This document shows, piece by piece, positions 61,580 through 64,000 of a stretch of DNA of 64,000 nucleotides (positions are counted from its first letter, which is position 1; each line of letters starts with the position of its first letter). Source of the stretch: an uncultured Spirochaetota bacterium (GTDB lineage: Bacteria; Spirochaetota; Spirochaetia; SZUA-6; Fen-1364). Below the pieces are notes generated by a model. That model worked only from the letters and a program-made list of their open reading frames with translations. It was not told the DNA's origin and did not search any database. The stretch spans positions 704,001 to 768,000 of the forward strand of contig CAWJSK010000012.1 in assembly GCA_963845535.1 (NCBI GenBank). Reading direction: 5' to 3'. The position numbers were made by a program, and so were the translations under genes.

Positions 61580-63014
61580 ATGGAAGGTTCAGCGGCATTC
61601 CTTCAGCAGCTCACTGATGCACTCTCCCGACGCGGCCAGTGGCTGGAGGGAACGCAGATTCCGCGCCTCCGGGAAGCCATCCAGAGCTACCAGACCCTTT
61701 TCGAAAGCATCATGGGGATGCTGATCAGGAAAGGTCTCCTTCGGGAAGATCCGTACAACTACGAACAGACCCAGACGGACATCGTTGTCCCCAGTGACGC
61801 CCCGCTGCCTGATTTCGAGAACGCTGATGAGACAAGTTATCGCCTTGCCGCTTTTCGGCGTCAGCTCAAGTTCGTGTTGGAGTCCGTCTTCACGCTGGGC
61901 GAACTGAAGCTCGGGAGGCTGAAGAAGCTGGCCGCCCTCGTCAGCTACATCAATTGGGGGGAGCTTGCGGAGACGTCCGGCAGCCCTGTCACGCGCTCCT
62001 TTGCGCGCGCCTTCATGAAGATTCTCCTGGGACCGGACGCAATGTCGGCGCAGATCCTCAAGGACCAGGAGATGCAGATCGAACGGGCTTTCCAGGATTG
62101 CCGCTCCATCATCGCCGACGTTGTGACGTACCACAGGGAATCCTGGAAAGCGGAGCTGCGCCGCGTCGCACTTCCCCATCTCTCGCTGGAACCGGGAGCG
62201 TCGGGAAAGAAGGATGAAACGGTACGTCTCATGCGAAAGATCTTCAGCAAGGAAATGGAGGGTCGGCCGTGGTATCCGGCGCTCGCGCAGGAGCTGTTCG
62301 CGGAGGAGACGGAAAGCGACGCAGAGTCCCGCAAGGCGCGATTGCTTGCCTCGCTTTCCATCCCGGAAGCGCAACCCGCCCAGAAGAGCGAGGTCCGGCG
62401 CGAAGGCAAGCCCATCCTGATGGAGGCCGTGAGAATCCTCTCCCGCCCGTATGAGGAACTGGTCACGGCAATCGAATCTCTTTCAGAGACGGAACGGCTT
62501 CTCCTGCCCCGCGAGGGCGGTTTCGGACAGACCCTGCGGCGCCTGTTCGGGATGGGAGCGCGGGCAAAGACGGATTCTCACACGTATGAGATCACATTCA
62601 CGGAACCGGCTCGCCGGCACCACCAAGGCGGAGAAGCTGAGCTTCCCGCAGTTCGCGCAGGAAGCCCGCAAGAAGGCTACTCTTCTGGCCGCCATTTCCG
62701 CGGGGACCGGTCCTGCGTACAAGCGGCTGGAAGGGACGTCGGAGACCTCCCTTGCCGCGTTTCTGGACAAGCAACTGAACGAGCTTCTCCTGATCCACCG
62801 CCGTCTTGCCGGGTTCAATGCTCTTTTTCAGTCGAAGGCTGCAACGGCGGGAAAGCAAGGCGTACGGGGAATCAAGCTGGAGCTGCTCGCCATTCGCAAC
62901 AGCCTCGTGAAAGCGAATCAGCGGCGGCATGAGTTCGGGACCAGGGCGGAAGCCGGGACGGAGAAGCAGCGAAACGGCGCGCGCGCGGAGACAACCCAGA
63001 AGTCGCCTGCCTGA
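61580..63014 (+). CDS. Conserved hypothetical helical protein (indel ~62609)
   Basis: KGLLREDPYNYE; second frame carries ...RGIKLELLAIRNSLVKANQRRHE. Confidence 0.7.
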
Positions 63015-63027
63015 TCCCGGATTATCG

Positions 63028-63642
63028 ATGAGTGACGGGTATTTCCGCCAGATTCTTGGTGTTCCTCCCCAGGCTGACAGGGCTCAGATCCGTCAGGCGT
63101 ATCGGCGACTGGTCATGGAAAACCATCCCGACCGGTTCCCGCCGGAGAAAAAACCGCTTCAAGATCTGGCCATTATCACGCTGACGGAAGCTTACACGGC
63201 GCTCATGGGCGCTGCGGTGTCGCAAGGGCCAGCGCCGCCCGCGTCCGCATCGGGGGGACCGGCACCAGGACCGGCACCAGGACCCGCATCGGGTGCATCT
63301 GCGTCCGCGTTCGAGCACTCGGCCATCGCTGCTCATGGAGACCCTTCGTACGCCTATTACAAGCAGGGCTTCATCAACTTCTCGCTCGCCATCCACGGAA
63401 TCGCCGAGATAAACCGAAAGATCGCCGCGGGGCGCGTGCCGCGCTTCACGCGGAGATATACGGCCAAAGAGGATATTGCGAGCAGCCTCGCGTTCCTCCG
63501 CGCCGCGCACGGGTATTTTTCCCGCGTGGTGGAAGAGCACTCCCGAAGCGTCTGGAGCGCTGACGCGCGCGCCAAGCTCCGGAGGATCGAAAGGTTCACA
63601 AAACTCTACAGGCGGATCCTCGCCAACCTGAGCAGGCGCTGA
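63028..63642 (+). CDS. J-domain protein
   Basis: ILGV...IRQAYRRL...HPD...EAY. Confidence 0.88.
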   Translation: MSDGYFRQILGVPPQADRAQIRQAYRRLVMENHPDRFPPEKKPLQDLAIITLTEAYTALMGAAVSQGPAPPASASGGPAPGPAPGPASGASASAFEHSAIAAHGDPSYAYYKQGFINFSLAIHGIAEINRKIAAGRVPRFTRRYTAKEDIASSLAFLRAAHGYFSRVVEEHSRSVWSADARAKLRRIERFTKLYRRILANLSRR

Positions 63643-63697
63643 CTGCGGCGCGGCTTCGACGCGCGGCTTCGACGCGAGACTCCGCCGAGGGCTCCGG

Positions 63698-64000
63698 CTA
63701 CCCTGCCCGGTAGGTCCCCAGCACGCGCAGGTCCTCCGTAACGCCTTTCAACTCTCCCATGCACGCGCCGAACACGGACGGGTCTGACGGCAGGTCCACA
63801 TCGATATAGAACAGATACTGCCAAGGCTTGCCGAGGATAGGACGGGACTCGAGTTTCTTCATGTTCAGTCCTTTTTCCGCCAGGACCTGGAGGGCGCGGA
63901 ACAGCGCGCCGGGCTTGTCCGCAACGGAGAAGCAGAACGACCCCTTGCCCTTCTCCCGCAGCTCGGATGCATTCGGCTCCTCCGTCTCCCGCGCAATCAC
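63698..64000 (-). CDS. pheA: Prephenate dehydratase C-terminal ACT domain (5' truncated by window edge)
   Basis: DKPGAL, NMKKLESRP, PWQYLFYID, LGTY. Confidence 0.88.
   Translation of the reverse strand: MIARETEEPNASELREKGKGSFCFSVADKPGALFRALQVLAEKGLNMKKLESRPILGKPWQYLFYIDVDLPSDPSVFGACMGELKGVTEDLRVLGTYRAG

Noticed and set aside
1..64000. Prophage, IS element, integron, rRNA or tRNA
   Set aside because: No integrase, transposase or phage structural motifs and no recognisable structural RNA by eye; a tRNAscan/Infernal run would be needed to exclude small RNAs.

Overview
GC-rich bacterial chromosomal segment, probably from a free-living Spirochaetia member (inferred from the style of the M23, ComFB, DUF4416 and LeuS proteins; not tested). 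Most of it is housekeeping or accessory metabolism: acs, gcvT-H-PA-PB behind a tandem glycine riboswitch, ribA, dapL, msrA, fadD-like, mtgA, two rRNA methyltransferases, modABC, a selenium-dependent molybdenum hydroxylase maturation cluster (yqeC, yqeB, yedF, DUF3343, selD, desulfurase), leuS and a pheA fragment. There are also two sigma54-linked signalling loci. The standout is an AT-richer ~5 kb island (about 33.4-38.7 kb) with four intact, tightly spaced genes: N6-adenine DNA methyltransferase, MORC-like GHKL ATPase fused to a histidine kinase, atypical receiver protein, and ComEC-type metallo-beta-lactamase hydrolase. It is a candidate phosphorelay-gated, methylation-linked defence system with no classical restriction endonuclease. 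About 11 genes outside the island carry 1-2 nt indels, mostly in homopolymers, which look like long-read assembly errors. No CRISPR array, rRNA, tRNA, integrase or transposase was seen. All calls are from motif recognition by eye; no database search was run.
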